Shown piece by piece: positions 9,831 to 22,700 of a stretch of DNA of 64,000 nt. The DNA is taken from positions 54,002,001 to 54,066,000 of the forward strand of contig NC_043002.1 in assembly GCF_006345805.1 (NCBI RefSeq), given 5' to 3'. The notes beneath the pieces were generated by a model. It was not told the DNA's origin. It saw nothing but the letters and a program-made list of their open reading frames with translations, and made no database searches. Each line of letters begins with the position of its first letter. Positions within the stretch are counted from its first letter, which is position 1. The position numbers were made by a program, and so were the translations under genes. The stretch is from Octopus sinensis (Eukaryota).

Positions 9831-12036
9831 TATATATATAGATACATGTGCTCACACACACACACACCCATATATATATATATATATATATATATTTAAA
9901 CATGCATAACTATACATATGGATGTATGTATACATATATGTATGCACTGTGTCTATGAGATTCTTCATGCAATGTATTAGTGTACAGAAAGTTATGATAG
10001 GACCGCTTTCCCAAGATGTCTTGTAGAAGAATCGAATCCGAAACCATGTGGTTCAAAGGCAAATATGGACTTGCCTCTTTTCTAAATAACAAAAAAAAAG
10101 AAGAAATCTTTCACACAAACATAAGAGTTCATCATCAGTTCGATTGAGCTTCCTGGTTCATGAAATTATTCTATCTGAAGCAATTTTTAATATTACCATT
10201 TACTAAAGGTTTTTCATATTAAGTGTAATAGTGTACGCACAAGTTCGAGCCAGTGCTTGAGACATTTTTACTGCATGTATCACGATAACTTCGCATAAAT
10301 ATTACTTCTTTTGATATAACAACGTATGAATACATGCACAATATGCATATACATGGGTGTGTGTGTGTGTATGAGACAAAATTTTATCTTGTATCGTTTA
10401 TCTGTTTGCTTTTTGTCATAATACTATGTTCAGTACGTTGTCTCTCCCCGTTTTATTTATTTTTATACATAGTCATTATTATCTTCTGCATCTAAAGTAT
10501 ATCTTCTGTTGGTTCGTTAAAATATGACCTGACTTTACTCTCACTGTAATTTTCTATGCCACGGGCTCAGTAGAATAAATGTATGTGTTTTTCTCTGGCT
10601 CTATATATGTTGCCCTCTCTTATATTTTCTTCTCTATTTCTCTTTCTCTCTCTCTCTTTTTCTCTCTCTCTTTTTCTCTCGTTTTTTTTACTCTCTCTCC
10701 CTCACTTTCATTTTTGTTTCTTTCTATTGCTCGTAAAGTGTGTTACTGCTTGTATTCTCACGTGGAACATAAATGTTCATTTGTAGTAAGTGAACGTATT
10801 TTTGATTTTATAGAGCCATCCTTTCTCGTTTGTTAAATAAAACAATGTCTTTTTATTTATTATACTCGTTAAAATGGCGGTGTCTTGACTGAATCGATAA
10901 ATCATCGGATAAAGTATGTTGCGGTATTTGCTTACGACTCTTGTTGTACTCAGTTCAAATTGCACCAAGTTCATATTGCTGTCCTTCTAGGGTTTGATAA
11001 TATAAATTAGTGATCAAGACTTAATTCTATTTTTATAAGTCATACTAGATATGAGTTCAAATCTCACCTTTATCAACTCTGACTTCATTCTCACTGCATT
11101 GATAAAAATAAGATACCACTCAAGTAACGAGGTAATCTGCTGTTCCCTTATGGCATCCAAGATACTAATGTAAGTATACCTACCTGATCAAACTTATTAT
11201 CAAAAGCATTCCAGTAACCACTCTCCGATATTTTTATATATCTTATGCTATGTTCCCTACCTCATTTTAAGACGATAGGATGTGATTTTAGAAAATTTGT
11301 CTGCCACTTCTAGCATGTCGAACGAATACATAGTTAGCAACTCTATGTTTGATGAATCCTTAAGGCAGTGTTTAGGCATAAGCCAGCTTTAGCTTAGTTA
11401 AAATATGCTTGTGACGTATTTAAACGTCTAAAGGCAAATTCATTGCGGTACTGCGGGGTAAAAATCTCTTATAGTAAAAACACTATACCTGTACAGTCGA
11501 TTTCTTCGATGAAAAGGCGAGTAGCAAACGTTACTACTACATACTACTGCGGCTATAGCTGCAGTTGCTGCTGCTGCTGCTCCTACTACCCCTTCTACAA
11601 TTAGAACTACTACTACTTTCGATGGTGTTGTTGTTGTTGTTACAATTCAACTACTACTATCAATGCTGTTGCTGTCACTACTACTAATATTATTACCGCC
11701 ATGGCTTATACTAACCATATTAGAGAATCTCCGTGACTGTCGTATGTTTTAACGAATTGACTAATTCGTGAAATGATTAATTGACTGGGAGCAATGTCAA
11801 GCGGTTTTGTTTCAAAATGGCAGACGTGATAACCGATATTAAAACGATTAATGCGTTGTTTCCCTTAATGGCGGAGGAAAGGTGTCTAGATATCACAGTC
11901 AGAATTACGCTTTCATTGCTTGGATAAGTCTGCATCAAATAGATAAGCAATTCAATGATGAGAGGTGGTGTTAAGCATCACCAGTCATGGAAGGAATGAC
12001 TATGTATTTTTATAAGCATTTACGTTACTGATACAC

Positions 12037-12200
12037 GCGTGGATGTGTGGTAAGTATTTGCTTCCTAACCACATGGTTCCGGGTTCAGTCTCACTGCATA
12101 GAAACTTGTGTGAGTGTCTTCTGCTATAACCACGGGCCAACCAAAGCCTTGCAAGTGGATTTGGTAGACAGAAACTGAAAGAATCCTGTGGTGTGTATAT
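12037..12200 (+). mobile_element. tRNA-derived SINE, CORE-like family, 5' part
   Basis: GTGTGGTAAG...CCACATGGTTCCGGGTTCAGTC...ACCAAAGCCTTGCAAGTGGATTTGGTAGAC. Same family as 12211-12588, 14185-14390, 28100-28490 and 57345-57755. Confidence 0.8.
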
Positions 12201-12210
12201 CGTGGCACCC

Positions 12211-12357
12211 CGTCGACCCCAGGATTATTCTTTGTAACCCTAGTACTTATTCTATCGGTCTCTCTTGCCGAACCGCTAAGTGACGGGACGTAAACACACC
12301 AGCATCGGTTGTCAAGCAATGTTGGGGGACAAACAGATACATACACACACACATATG

Positions 12358-12436
<79 letters not shown>

Positions 12437-12588
12437 CGACGGGCTTCTTTCAGTTTCTGTTTAACAAACCCACTCACAAGGCTTTGGTCGGCCCGAGGCT
12501 ATAGTAGAAACTTGCCCAAGGTGCCACGCAGTGGGACTGAACCCAGAACCATGTGATTGGTTAGAAAGCTACTTACCACACAGCCACA
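12211..12588 (-). mobile_element. tRNA-derived SINE, CORE-like family, near full length with an internal (TA)n
   Basis: The reverse complement reads GTGGCTGTGTGGTAAGTAGC...GGTTCAGTCCCACTGCGTGGCACCTTGGGCAAG (CORE-like CCTTGGGCAAG) ...GACAACCGATGCTGGTGTGTTTACGTCCCG...GAATAAGTACTAGG. Confidence 0.85.
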
Positions 12589-12599
12589 CACAGGGTGTA

Positions 12600-13430
12600 G
12601 TGAATATATTTCGTCTAAATTAAGCAAAAATGAAAGTAATACTGACATCTCATTTTAACGGATTTATTTACCAAAATTACATAAGAATATCTTGAAATAG
12701 TAAAGAGTAAATCTATTTTACAAAATCGCCATTGGCTTCAACCACGGTCTCCAGACGACTTTGGAATCTCCTCTTCTGAACGGTCTCCATGTTTAAGTTG
12801 GTGAATGCTGCCATAATCCTTGCCTCCAGTTCATCTTTGCCGTTACAAGGAAGTTTTGCTCCACTGTGCCCTACATATAATAATCAATTGGGTTGCAGTC
12901 TCGGGAGTTATGTGGCTAGATTTTAGGGGTGATGTGGTTGCAGAAATTGTCTGACAGCCATGACTGGGTTCTCTTGTTTATGTGACATGATACAGAGTCC
13001 TGTTGTCAAACACAGGGTCTTCCAGCAGCCAGCCACTTGACCCAGGGCAGCACTACCTCCTCCAAGAAATTGTTGTAGGCCTCCGTGTTGAGTCTGAGAA
13101 CGTGTGGGAATATAAATGGAGGTATAACATCGCCATCACTAGTAATCACCCCAAACGCTATAATGTTGGACTGGATATTTGATTTTCATCATGCTAAGTA
13201 CATATTTTGGGGATACGCAAGCCAATGGTTGTTTTGTGTGCTCACCATCTTTTCGTATTGAAGCTTCCAGCGCGAATGCCAAGCAGTACAGCATGTCGTT
13301 TTCAAATTTCTGGCAGAGTGAATTGCATCATGGTGCTGTTATTCTTACAGACGGTCCCAACTGACACTATACTGTGTTGTCTACAAAATCAAGAAGAAAA
13401 CAATGCACATGCGCGAAACTAAAGACATTA
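12600..13430 (-). mobile_element. Internally deleted Tc1/mariner element of the maT (DD37D) family
   Basis: Minus frame reads GVITSDGDVIPPFIFPHVLRLNTEAYNNFLEEVVLPWVKWL..GRPCV*QQDSVSCHINKRTQSWLSDNFCNHITPKI*PHNSRDCNPID. I count 37 residues between the second and third catalytic Asp. Confidence 0.85.
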
Positions 13431-13619
13431 AAATAGAATTTACCCATGTATATATGTAAGTTGTATTTAAAATTATATTTTACGGAATACTGCAGAAGTA
13501 AGCCGAAACCATTTTGTCCTAATTAATCATTTAGAATATACATATACTTATACATACATACATACATACATACTACATACATACATACATACATACATAC
13601 ATACATACATACATGTATG

Positions 13620-13654
<35 letters not shown>

Positions 13655-13656
<2 letters not shown>

Positions 13657-14060
13657 CAAAAATTTAGATTCAAATGAATATGGTACTTAATTTAGATGCA
13701 CCAGAATTCTGTATGGTGTTATCCATATAAATCCGTGGGGTGATTATAATCAAAATAAGCAACAAGAATGACTCCGGTAATTTGGTACGATCGTTTCGTA
13801 CTACATCATTTTATTAAATGTTGTAAGTATTACAACAGTTTTAAAATGCTGAGCACTCATCAGCCATTTATAGAGGTTTTCCATTAATACAAAAATTTTC
13901 ATATCAAGTGGCAACATTATAGAGAAGGTAGATATATAGACAAAGATGTGGATTTAAATTTTAAGAACATTTGAGGTAGTGGAGCCCATCAACTGACTGA
14001 CTAAGATTCAGTTGTTCCAGACTACTGTAAGGTTCTGAGAGGGAAGAACAAATGAAAGGA
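13655..14060 (-). mobile_element. Non-coding repeat abutting (TA)n and carrying a hammerhead; probable PLE-derived non-autonomous element
   Basis: Begins directly after the (TA)n array and contains the intact hammerhead at 13783-13866. Boundaries are approximate. Confidence 0.5.
13783..13866 (-). ncRNA. Hammerhead ribozyme, type I, with all core nucleotides intact
   Basis: Minus strand: UGG CUGAUGA GUGCU...AGUAC GAAA C GAUC G U A CCA. Stem I is UGG/CCA. Stem II is GUGCU/AGUAC, extended by CAGCAUUUU/AAAAUGAUG and an inner UGUUGUAA-UAC-UUACAACA hairpin. Stem III is the palindrome ACGAUCGU. The GUA triplet predicts cleavage between 13786 and 13785. Confidence 0.85.
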
Positions 14061-14184
14061 GACAATAAAGATTTTCTATTTATAGAAATGGGGTAAAGGG
14101 GATGTCAGAGCTCCATATAAAGGAATATATGTAGAAAACAGGATCCTGTATATGTGTGTATGTGTGTATATATGTGTGAGTGTA

Positions 14185-14390
14185 TGTTTGTCTATCTGTG
14201 TCTGTACCCCACCATCGCTTGACAACCGATGTTAATGTGTTTACGTCCCCGATATATAGCGGTTCGGCAAGTGACTGATAGAATCAGTACTAGGCGTACA
14301 AAGAATAAGTCCTGGGGTCAATTTTGTTCGACTAAAGGCAGTGCTCCAGCATGGCCGCAGTCAATTGACTGAAACAAATAAAAGAATAAA
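14185..14390 (+). mobile_element. 3' half of the CORE-like SINE family
   Basis: CATCGCTTGACAACCGATG...GCGGTTCGGCAAG...CTCCAGCATGGCCGCAGTC...GAAACAAATAAAAGAATAAAG. Confidence 0.8.
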
Positions 14391-15899
14391 GGAATATATA
14401 TGTATATATATATGTGTGTGTGTGTGTATCTATATACATATATGTATATAAAATATGTACCTAATATCTTTGCACGTGCGTCTGTAGTTGCTTAAATTCA
14501 TGACCAATGAATACTTCTATCCAGCTCAAAGCTAATGCCATATAGACAGGTGAAATATCACAATCATATAAAATGTGTATGCTCGTGCGTAGGGCTGCGT
14601 ACGTTAGATACTGCGGAGAGGCTATAAAGGAAAATCAATAAAAATATAGATAAAGATAAAATAAAGAAGGAAGTGATGATATTTGTGCCAATCGATAATA
14701 ATTCCAAATGAAGGTGCAAAATTAAGCAAAATTCCAATTTCGTAGCATTGATTTTTCTGTCTTCAAATTTAGGAAATTTACTGTTCACTTTCGTATGCCC
14801 CTATATATATATATATAAGTTTTATACAGAGAATTATTGAGAAATGATGATTGGAAAATTAAATAGAACATTCCTACTCTCTTTTAGAGAAATATTTTCC
14901 CCAAAGAAATATAATCATTCCTTATATAAATTTTCTGTCTCTCGTACACGCACATACTCATACACACGCATGCACACACACAGACACACACACTTATATA
15001 TTCATGCATACATACACATATGCATGCATGCATACATACATACAGATTTACATGTGTGTCTGTGTGTGCCATGTATATATAGCATATATGTATTTATGTA
15101 AGTAGGTAGGATGGTAGGTCGGTCGGTCAGTAGGTAAATAGGTAAGTAGGTAGATAGGTATGTAGGTAGGTAGGTAGGTATGAATAGATATATGTGTTTA
15201 TATACAAATGCAAATATATGTGCGTGTGTGAGAGAGAGAGAGAGAGTGAATAAAGGAAAAGAGAGAGGGGAATAATGTAGAGCAGGAAAGAGAATTTATG
15301 CAGAGAATGAATATACATTTCAGGAAAATATTCCTCTGAAAGAAATTAGGAAAGATATTCTTTTTAATTTTCAACCTATCGTATTTCAATAATTCTCCGC
15401 ATACGTGCCGACAAAGAATAAAAACGTATATGATGGGACTCTTCAATTGCTTGCCAGGAAGGTGTATGCAGTTGTTGTAGAATTCCAATGTGTTTATTAG
15501 GTTTCACTTCATCTTTGTCTCTATAATTTCTCATTCCCTATATGCATAATAAATGTATACGTGTGTATATGAGTGTGTATATATGCATATATATATATAT
15601 GTATATAATTACTCTTACATATATGCATGTATGCACACGCAATGCTAGCTTTGTATGCATATGTCATCTATCTATACATCACTCTATCTATCGTGCCTTC
15701 CCATGACACAATGGCTGGGAAATAAACCATAACAAACTATAATTAATGAAGAAACCGGATGACATGTGACCTCATTTGAAAGACAATATCTTAATCGATA
15801 ATTCAGTAACATGGTTAGCTTTGATATCATGATCAGCTATAAAGCGTATGGAGACTGCAATTTTGACTGATGGCAGTCGTCAATATTTAATTTAGAATC

Positions 15900-16900
15900 C
15901 AAGACATCGACGCCAAATACAATAGAACATACAAACCTAACCATCCTGTGCCAGATATTGTTTCCTCACAATTTCAAGTTCGTATCCTTCAGGTTGATAA
16001 CGAAGATTTGCATATAAATATAAAATTAGTAACAGAAGAACATAATGCAAACATAAGGCCTCACCACTATTGTGTATTTAAAAAATTCAAAATAGCAGAG
16101 TACTTCGTCACAAAGACTGCTCGTCCCTTTGAGTACCAGTAAATACTTAAGCCGCCAGCAAATATTGTCTACCAAATTTGTTAGGCCCACAGTGGAATCA
16201 GGCTAATATCTCTCGGAAAGTGCTGATGCTTCAAACAAAGACATTCTAGATCGCTTTTAGAAAAAGACTTAGAAAAAGAGTAATTGGCACATAGGGGCAG
16301 TCTCCTATGTCCCTTCTTAACTTTATTACACTGCTCCAGCTACGCAAAATTGTTCGGTCACGTACTCCACCCACTCAAGCAATATCAAATCTCATCACTC
16401 ATACTACACAAAACAAGTCCACTCAAACCATTACCTCCAGTCTTTCCTCCCCAGACCATTAACCCCTCTGAACTTTCTCCCTGCACATATCGCTCTGACA
16501 CATTCCAAAGACTAGTCATTCAATCCAAATATCTTATTCCCAAACGCAACAGGATTACAGTTCTCTTGTCTGGAAGTATATTGTTCCTGGAACTTATACG
16601 GAGTAAAAGCCACATATCTGGTTCGAATTCAATAGCAAATAGACAGACGGCAGCCTCTGGCCCAGCGGCGTGCTGTTTTCACTTTCTGTCTTTCTAAACG
16701 CTACTATGATGTTCTGATCCTTAGAAGCTGTTGGTTCCATTCGTCACTCTTGACTTCTCGTCTCCTTGATTGCATCCAGCTATCCATTTATCTTCCATTC
16801 ACCGCCGGTCCCGCAGAAACTACAGTGCGTATTTCTTTCTCTTCACAATATCAGTGATTTAGAGTATCCTGACTGTACATATCTCCCCTGCATGAATTGA
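15900..16900 (+). mobile_element. Possible heavily decayed Penelope-like RT/linker coding relic
   Basis: C-rich composition and scattered similarity to PLE motifs (LNF..AH, YSQ, IDR..L). No continuous frame. Confidence 0.3.
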
Positions 16901-17120
16901 CTTACAACAGTTTAAACGGAATATTGTATTGACGGTATCAACCGTACCGGTTTCAGAAAGTGTGCAACGATCATGATAACCCACCGCCACTCCTTCCAAA
17001 TTCAGCAAGTAAATATGTGCACGTGTCTAAGTGTGTACGTATGAGGCAGAGTTTTGTAAGCACATGTGTACTTGTGGGTCTGTGCATGTGTGTATGTGTG
17101 TGTGTGTGTGTGTGTTGAGT

Positions 17121-17181
<61 letters not shown>

Positions 17182-17682
17182 ATCAAATGCAAATACTTTA
17201 TTGCAAGTTAGTTTCTTATTCGCAACAACCTCTGAATATTAATTGAAAAATAAATGAAAATACATTTTATATAAATTGATATTTCTCAAATATTAATATC
17301 CACAACATAAATACAGAATGTAGTGTTGTGGTAACTCAGAGGCGCATATTCCATACGTACGATGGGGTGATGTTTTCAAACGGACAAATACGATCAAAAT
17401 TAACGGGCGCAAATGTATACATGCTCGCAGCCTAATATATATTTATATTTAACAGCAAATACTCAAGGGCACTCGCACGTTCTTACAAGAATATAAGTAT
17501 TTCGACAAATTTAGATATGTCCACATATATAACTCATATAATTGAATTACTTTCATTTTGATAGGAACGTTTTGACTATTCTATTTTAAGGTCAAATTTC
17601 CCCCAAAATTCTAAACATAATTGGATTTCAAGGTGTTACAAGTTCTATTTAGTATATCACAGTATGTAAGAATCTACATACT

Positions 17683-17741
<59 letters not shown>

Positions 17742-18983
17742 ATATCCAGATAGATATATATATATATATTAATGTATGCATACATATGCAATTATTATAT
17801 ATATTACATGCATACGTACATATATAACATATACATCTATGTATATATACATATATATATATATATACATATTCTACTCATATACATGTATACATATATA
17901 TATATATGTGTGTGGTGTGTGTGTGTATGTATGTATATATATATGTATATATATTACGCACCCACGCACACATAAGCACACACATCCATGTGTGTGTGTT
18001 GTTATATCATGGGAGGATCATTTTGTCAATAAGGAAGAATCTTAATGTTTCTATTTCACATTTAAGCTGCTGTGCAATCAATTAACCAAATTACCAAATC
18101 AATTTCTTGTTTAATCCTTCGTTCACTCAATCGCTCAGATAATTGATTATTTCATCGAAATGTTAATTACGTCGAGTAGTTAATTTGTTAACTCTTCAAC
18201 TTCTTATGCTATGAATAATAATAATGGTTTCAAATTCTGGCGCAAAAACAACAATTTTCAGTTGGAGGAGGGTGAATTCGACTGGCACTTATTCTATCGA
18301 ACTCGATTGGATGAAATGGAAAATGGGCATCGAAGGAATTTAAACTGAGAACTTAATGAGATAGACGAATTACTCTCAGACATTTTTAACGATCACTACT
18401 GATTCTACCAACTTGTCATTTTATAAAATACAATGAAGAAGTGAAGTAGAACCAGTGCGTATATTTTTTGTTGAAAAATGACCCTCCCAAGATATAACAC
18501 CTTTCCCAAAAGATGATGTTTTATAAAGAATCGTGCAAAGAAATGAATTCGTGCGCATGAATATATATGCATACACACAAGTATGCATGCATAAATACAT
18601 GCATATATACATACGTACATGCATACCTCCATACATACATGCATACATGCATACATGCATATATACATACGTCGGAAAGATAACCCCGAGGACAAAGAAA
18701 AAAGAACCTATAGTATGCTACAAGCCGTAGCCACTTATAGTAAAAAGAAGTACTAGTATAATCCCAAAACCAGAAGGGAGAAAGTTGATTCGAAGACTAC
18801 AGATGCAAGCTATCACTGGAGCTGTCATACATACATACATACATACATACATACATACGTACGTACATACATACATACATACATACATACATACATACAT
18901 ACATACATACATACAGACACACATACATACATACGTACATACATACATATATACATACATACATACATACATACATACATACA

Positions 18984-19014
<31 letters not shown>

Positions 19015-19049
19015 CTTATTAACAGTCTCGATCCTTTCGCATTGAACCT

Positions 19050-19096
19050 TGGGATGTCAGACATCTGATAGACACCTGGGATGATAGACACCTGGG
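19050..19096. repeat. 16-bp tandem repeat GATAGACACCTGGGAT, about 2.7 copies
   Basis: Read directly from the sequence; no spacers. Confidence 0.9.
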
Positions 19097-19485
19097 ATGA
19101 TAGACACCTGAAAAGAACTGATTCTCGTCTGTGTCGATGATTCCTCAATGTCTGTAGAAAGAAAGCGTTAGTTCGATCTATCTAGTCGAATTGAAGCTAA
19201 AGAACTAAGAGTAAAATAAAGCATTTAACGTGTTTGAATAGCTAAAACGGTCGAGGGACTACCGATCTCTGATTGGCTCATATGAAACTGCCACATGCTG
19301 CGCTGCCTGAGACGAGAATGAGTTCACTATTGATCTAGAAAAGAAAGGAAAATTATCGTCCGGCTCGGATTTTCAGTGGATGGAGGTCAGAGCGATTGAA
19401 AATGCAAATATCCAACCTACATTCTGTGAACTATTTTGATTATATGTAGATGTTTGTATGTGATTACAGAAGCGTAGAGCAAGCA

Positions 19486-19519
<34 letters not shown>

Positions 19520-20685
19520 CTTCTCTCACACACACACACTCACTCTCTGACACACATACACAAACACACTCACACACACTCACACACACACACAGAATCG
19601 CACACACACTCAAGCATACACGCACATACATCATGCATGCTTCCCTGTATACATACTCGTCTCATTATTCTTTTTTAAATAAAAAAAAAATTGTAATATA
19701 TCTATGCATCATTGAATTACGTTTCGCTTTATTGAGCTTATTAGACATATTGAGAAAATTTGGTTCAACTGATATCAGTTATAATAACAAAATGGATGGG
19801 ACTATTTAAAAGATACCGAAGGTAAAGAAGTTCTATATGATATTGAAATGCGAAGGAAAGTATCTAGGAAGAATATCATAATGAGAATGAGAAGGATGGA
19901 GTAGAAGTAGAACCTCAATACTGAAACATCTATAATTAGTTAAAATGCCTAAATAGTATGTATGTAGAACTATAGGAGAAATCATATGAAGGGAGAACTC
20001 CATAATGAATTATATTTGTAAAGAAAGTTGACGAGAAAATATAATAAAAAATCCTAAGAAAGTAAAAGAAAAAGAACTGGGTAAGTAACATCTATAATCT
20101 GGGTTTAAATATTTATAATTAATTACGTTAAGGAAGCAATCAACTAAAGAAATCTACTTATCCAGAAGAAAATAGATGTCCTCAAAAGAGATACTTCTTA
20201 GTCAAGACGGCAACGCAGCAGTAGTCTTCTACGTTATTTGTTTATAAGACAGGGAAAAGCAAACGAATACGGAGAAACTGAGAAGTAAGATAAGAACCAG
20301 AGATTTTTAAAAAATGGAATATGGAGGGAAAGAGAGAAGAGGAAGAAATGGAGGAAGATGAGCGGATGTACAAAAAGGAGGTGTACGACGAGGAGGGCGA
20401 GAAGAGGGACGAGGGGGACACGACGACGAGGCACATCAAAAATGTAAAAACTGGCATCTATGAAATGTTAATTCGATAAATAATTCTGTTTTAGCACGTC
20501 TCCTACCAACATCTGTTTAGAGGGGTGAAGTATATGATTCACTGATGATGTTATATTGAAAAAGGAAACACGTCCACTGTTGTCTCCCGTATTTACATAA
20601 TTAGAATAATATTAATTATAATTATTTCTGGTCAGTTTTCGGTAATAGCAGCATTTAATTGGTTATTCCTTGTGTTTTCATGCAG

Positions 20686-20764
20686 ATTGTGTGCTGAAGT
20701 AAATAGAGCAAGAGGTACATCAAGAAAGAGGGGCGGATTTAACACACAACAAAGGGACTATTAA
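20686..20764 (+). CDS. Candidate terminal exon, unassigned (LCAEVNRARGTSRKRGGFNTQQRDY*)
   Basis: Acceptor ttattccttgtgttttcatgcag. One long open frame ends in TAA, with AATAAA at 20862-20867. No recognised homology. Confidence 0.25.
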
Positions 20765-21187
20765 CTTTGCAAGACAAGCGAAAAAGTTTGCAATATATTG
20801 AAAGGAAATGTAATTATTAGAATTTAAGAAAAATTGCAGTACATTCGATTAGAACCAATTTAATAAAAGATGAGAATTGAGCTTGGTGTGTTTGTAAAAG
20901 AAAAAATCATGTTTTTCTAGGTACCATTTAACATTGTTTAATGTTGAATGTTCGTTTGTGTATTTCTGCACATAAATACACATTCACATCTATTAGTGGG
21001 TGAGCGAGTAAGTGTGTGAATGAGTATGTATATTCCCGAGGCGGGGGGTGGGTAAACATCGGTAAAGTTACACACATATTTGGAAGTAACCATTTGTGTA
21101 TGTATACACACAAATATACACACGCACGCACACACACACACACACACATACATACATACATACAAACATACATACATACATACATAC

Positions 21188-21990
21188 ATCATGGCTCGGC
21201 TTCGCGAACGAAGATCAGGAAGACTGTCAACGTCGCGTGCATGGACACTCATGACTGACAAGTCCGATATGGGAAAGGCAGGTCCGTGAGCAGTGTCCAC
21301 AGACAAAGGTAACATCCGGTGTGGTGTCAGAGGCGGCTCGCGCCTTCCTCCTGCATCTCTTGTCTTTAAGTGCGACTCTTGTCTTTAAGTGTGTCTCTTC
21401 TTTGTTCTTCAAACTTGCTGACTGCGTTGAAGATCGTGTGGCACCAGACATCACGGTCCGCAGCCAGGTCTGACCAGCATTGCTGGATAATTTGACATGC
21501 TGTTAGAGACTTCCTGAGGCAGTCTTTGTAGCGCTTCCTCGGAGCTCCTCTCACTCGGTGGCCGGTGGAGAGTTCGCTAAACAGGGCAATCTTTGGAAGG
21601 CGATGGTTCTCCATTCTGGAGACATTCCCTGTCCATCGGATGTAGTACTTCAGTAGCGTGGCTTCAATGCTGGGGATCTCGACCCGCTCCAAGACTTCAA
21701 TGTTTGTGATGAAGTCACTCCAGTGAATGTTGAGGACGGTGCGAAGACATCGCTGGTGGAAGCGCTCGAAGAGACGGATGTGCCTGCGGTAAGTGATCCA
21801 GGTCTCTGAGACGTAGAGAAGAGTGGTGAGAACCACGGCCCTGTAGACACTGATCTTTGTTTTGTTCTTCAGGCCACCATTGTGCCAAACACGTTTGTAC
21901 AATCTGCCAAAGGAGCTATTTGACTTAGAAAGTCTATTGTCAATTTCCTTATCTATCCTTGCATCGGATGAGATGGTGCAGCCCCACAGT
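21188..21990 (-). mobile_element. 5'-truncated RTE-clade LINE (BovB/AviRTE-like), relatively young
   Basis: ORF 21366-21998 reads GCTISSDARIDKEIDNRLSK...VYRAVVLTTLLYVSETW...FHQRCLRTVLNIHW...RLPKIALFSEL...RGAPRKRYKD. A C-terminal FVCGHCSRTCLSHIGLVSH finger follows, and the 3' end ATCTTCGTTCGCGAAGCCGAGCCATGATG runs into (TGTA)n. Confidence 0.92.
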
Positions 21991-22039
21991 AAAATCAATT
22001 TTGTTCATCTGTGTTTTGGGTAATTTCTTGTGGGATTTT

Positions 22040-22700
22040 AAAACTTTTTCTTATCTTTTCGGTTCTTTCACTGCTTTTGCTATCCTTGCCGTTTGTTTCT
22101 CTTTTTCTCCCGTCTTTAGTGGTTCTTTTCTGGGCGCGGCTTCACTCTTCTTTTCTTTAGGTTTGCACTTAAAGCAGCGCGGCCTACGCCCCTCTACTGC
22201 GAGTCTCACACTCAACCCCTACCCTATAAAAATCATATCGGGCAGTCCTTCAAGGCATTCAAGGACTTCTGGAGTGTCTTGAACCACAACCTCAAGGGTC
22301 TGTCCCTTCCAATTTTCAGCCTCTTTTTTCTTCATCTGTAAAACAGATATATTTCTTCCATATCGTAGGTGATAGCTGCTGCTATCCAAATTACGTCTAA
22401 TCCAGCTGGTATTTCTTCCACTGTGATTTTTGCCGTTCTCCTGTCGTTGGTAGCAGAATTATTTCATAATTTTTTCATGTTCTGGTTGATAATTTCTTTG
22501 CCGTATTCTCAATAGCAAACTGTGCCTTGACCGGGGCATTCTTTCTACCACAGCCAAAGTACACAATTTTATTCCATATAGGCGCTAGACACCTTTCAAT
22601 TACTTCATTTTTACATGTTATAATCTTTTTTTCCTTTATATTATACGTCTTATATACCACTGTTCTCACAGCTATATTCTGCTCAATTTCTTGTGGAGGG
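22040..22700 (-). mobile_element. Decayed LINE ORF1-like segment with a truncated zinc knuckle
   Basis: Minus frame reads RLAVEGRRPRCFKC followed by a Lys/Glu-rich tail (KPKEKKSEAAPRKEPLKTGEKEK). Clade (L1/Tx1-like) is inferred. Confidence 0.45.

Noticed and set aside
19050-19096. Short direct repeats (also 55950-56000, 23647-23737, 30955-31040) as a possible CRISPR array
   Set aside because: They are head-to-tail tandem copies without unique spacers, in a eukaryotic context with no cas genes.
20543-20580. CTGATGA...GAAACACGTC as a hammerhead
   Set aside because: There is no stem II and no stem I complementarity.
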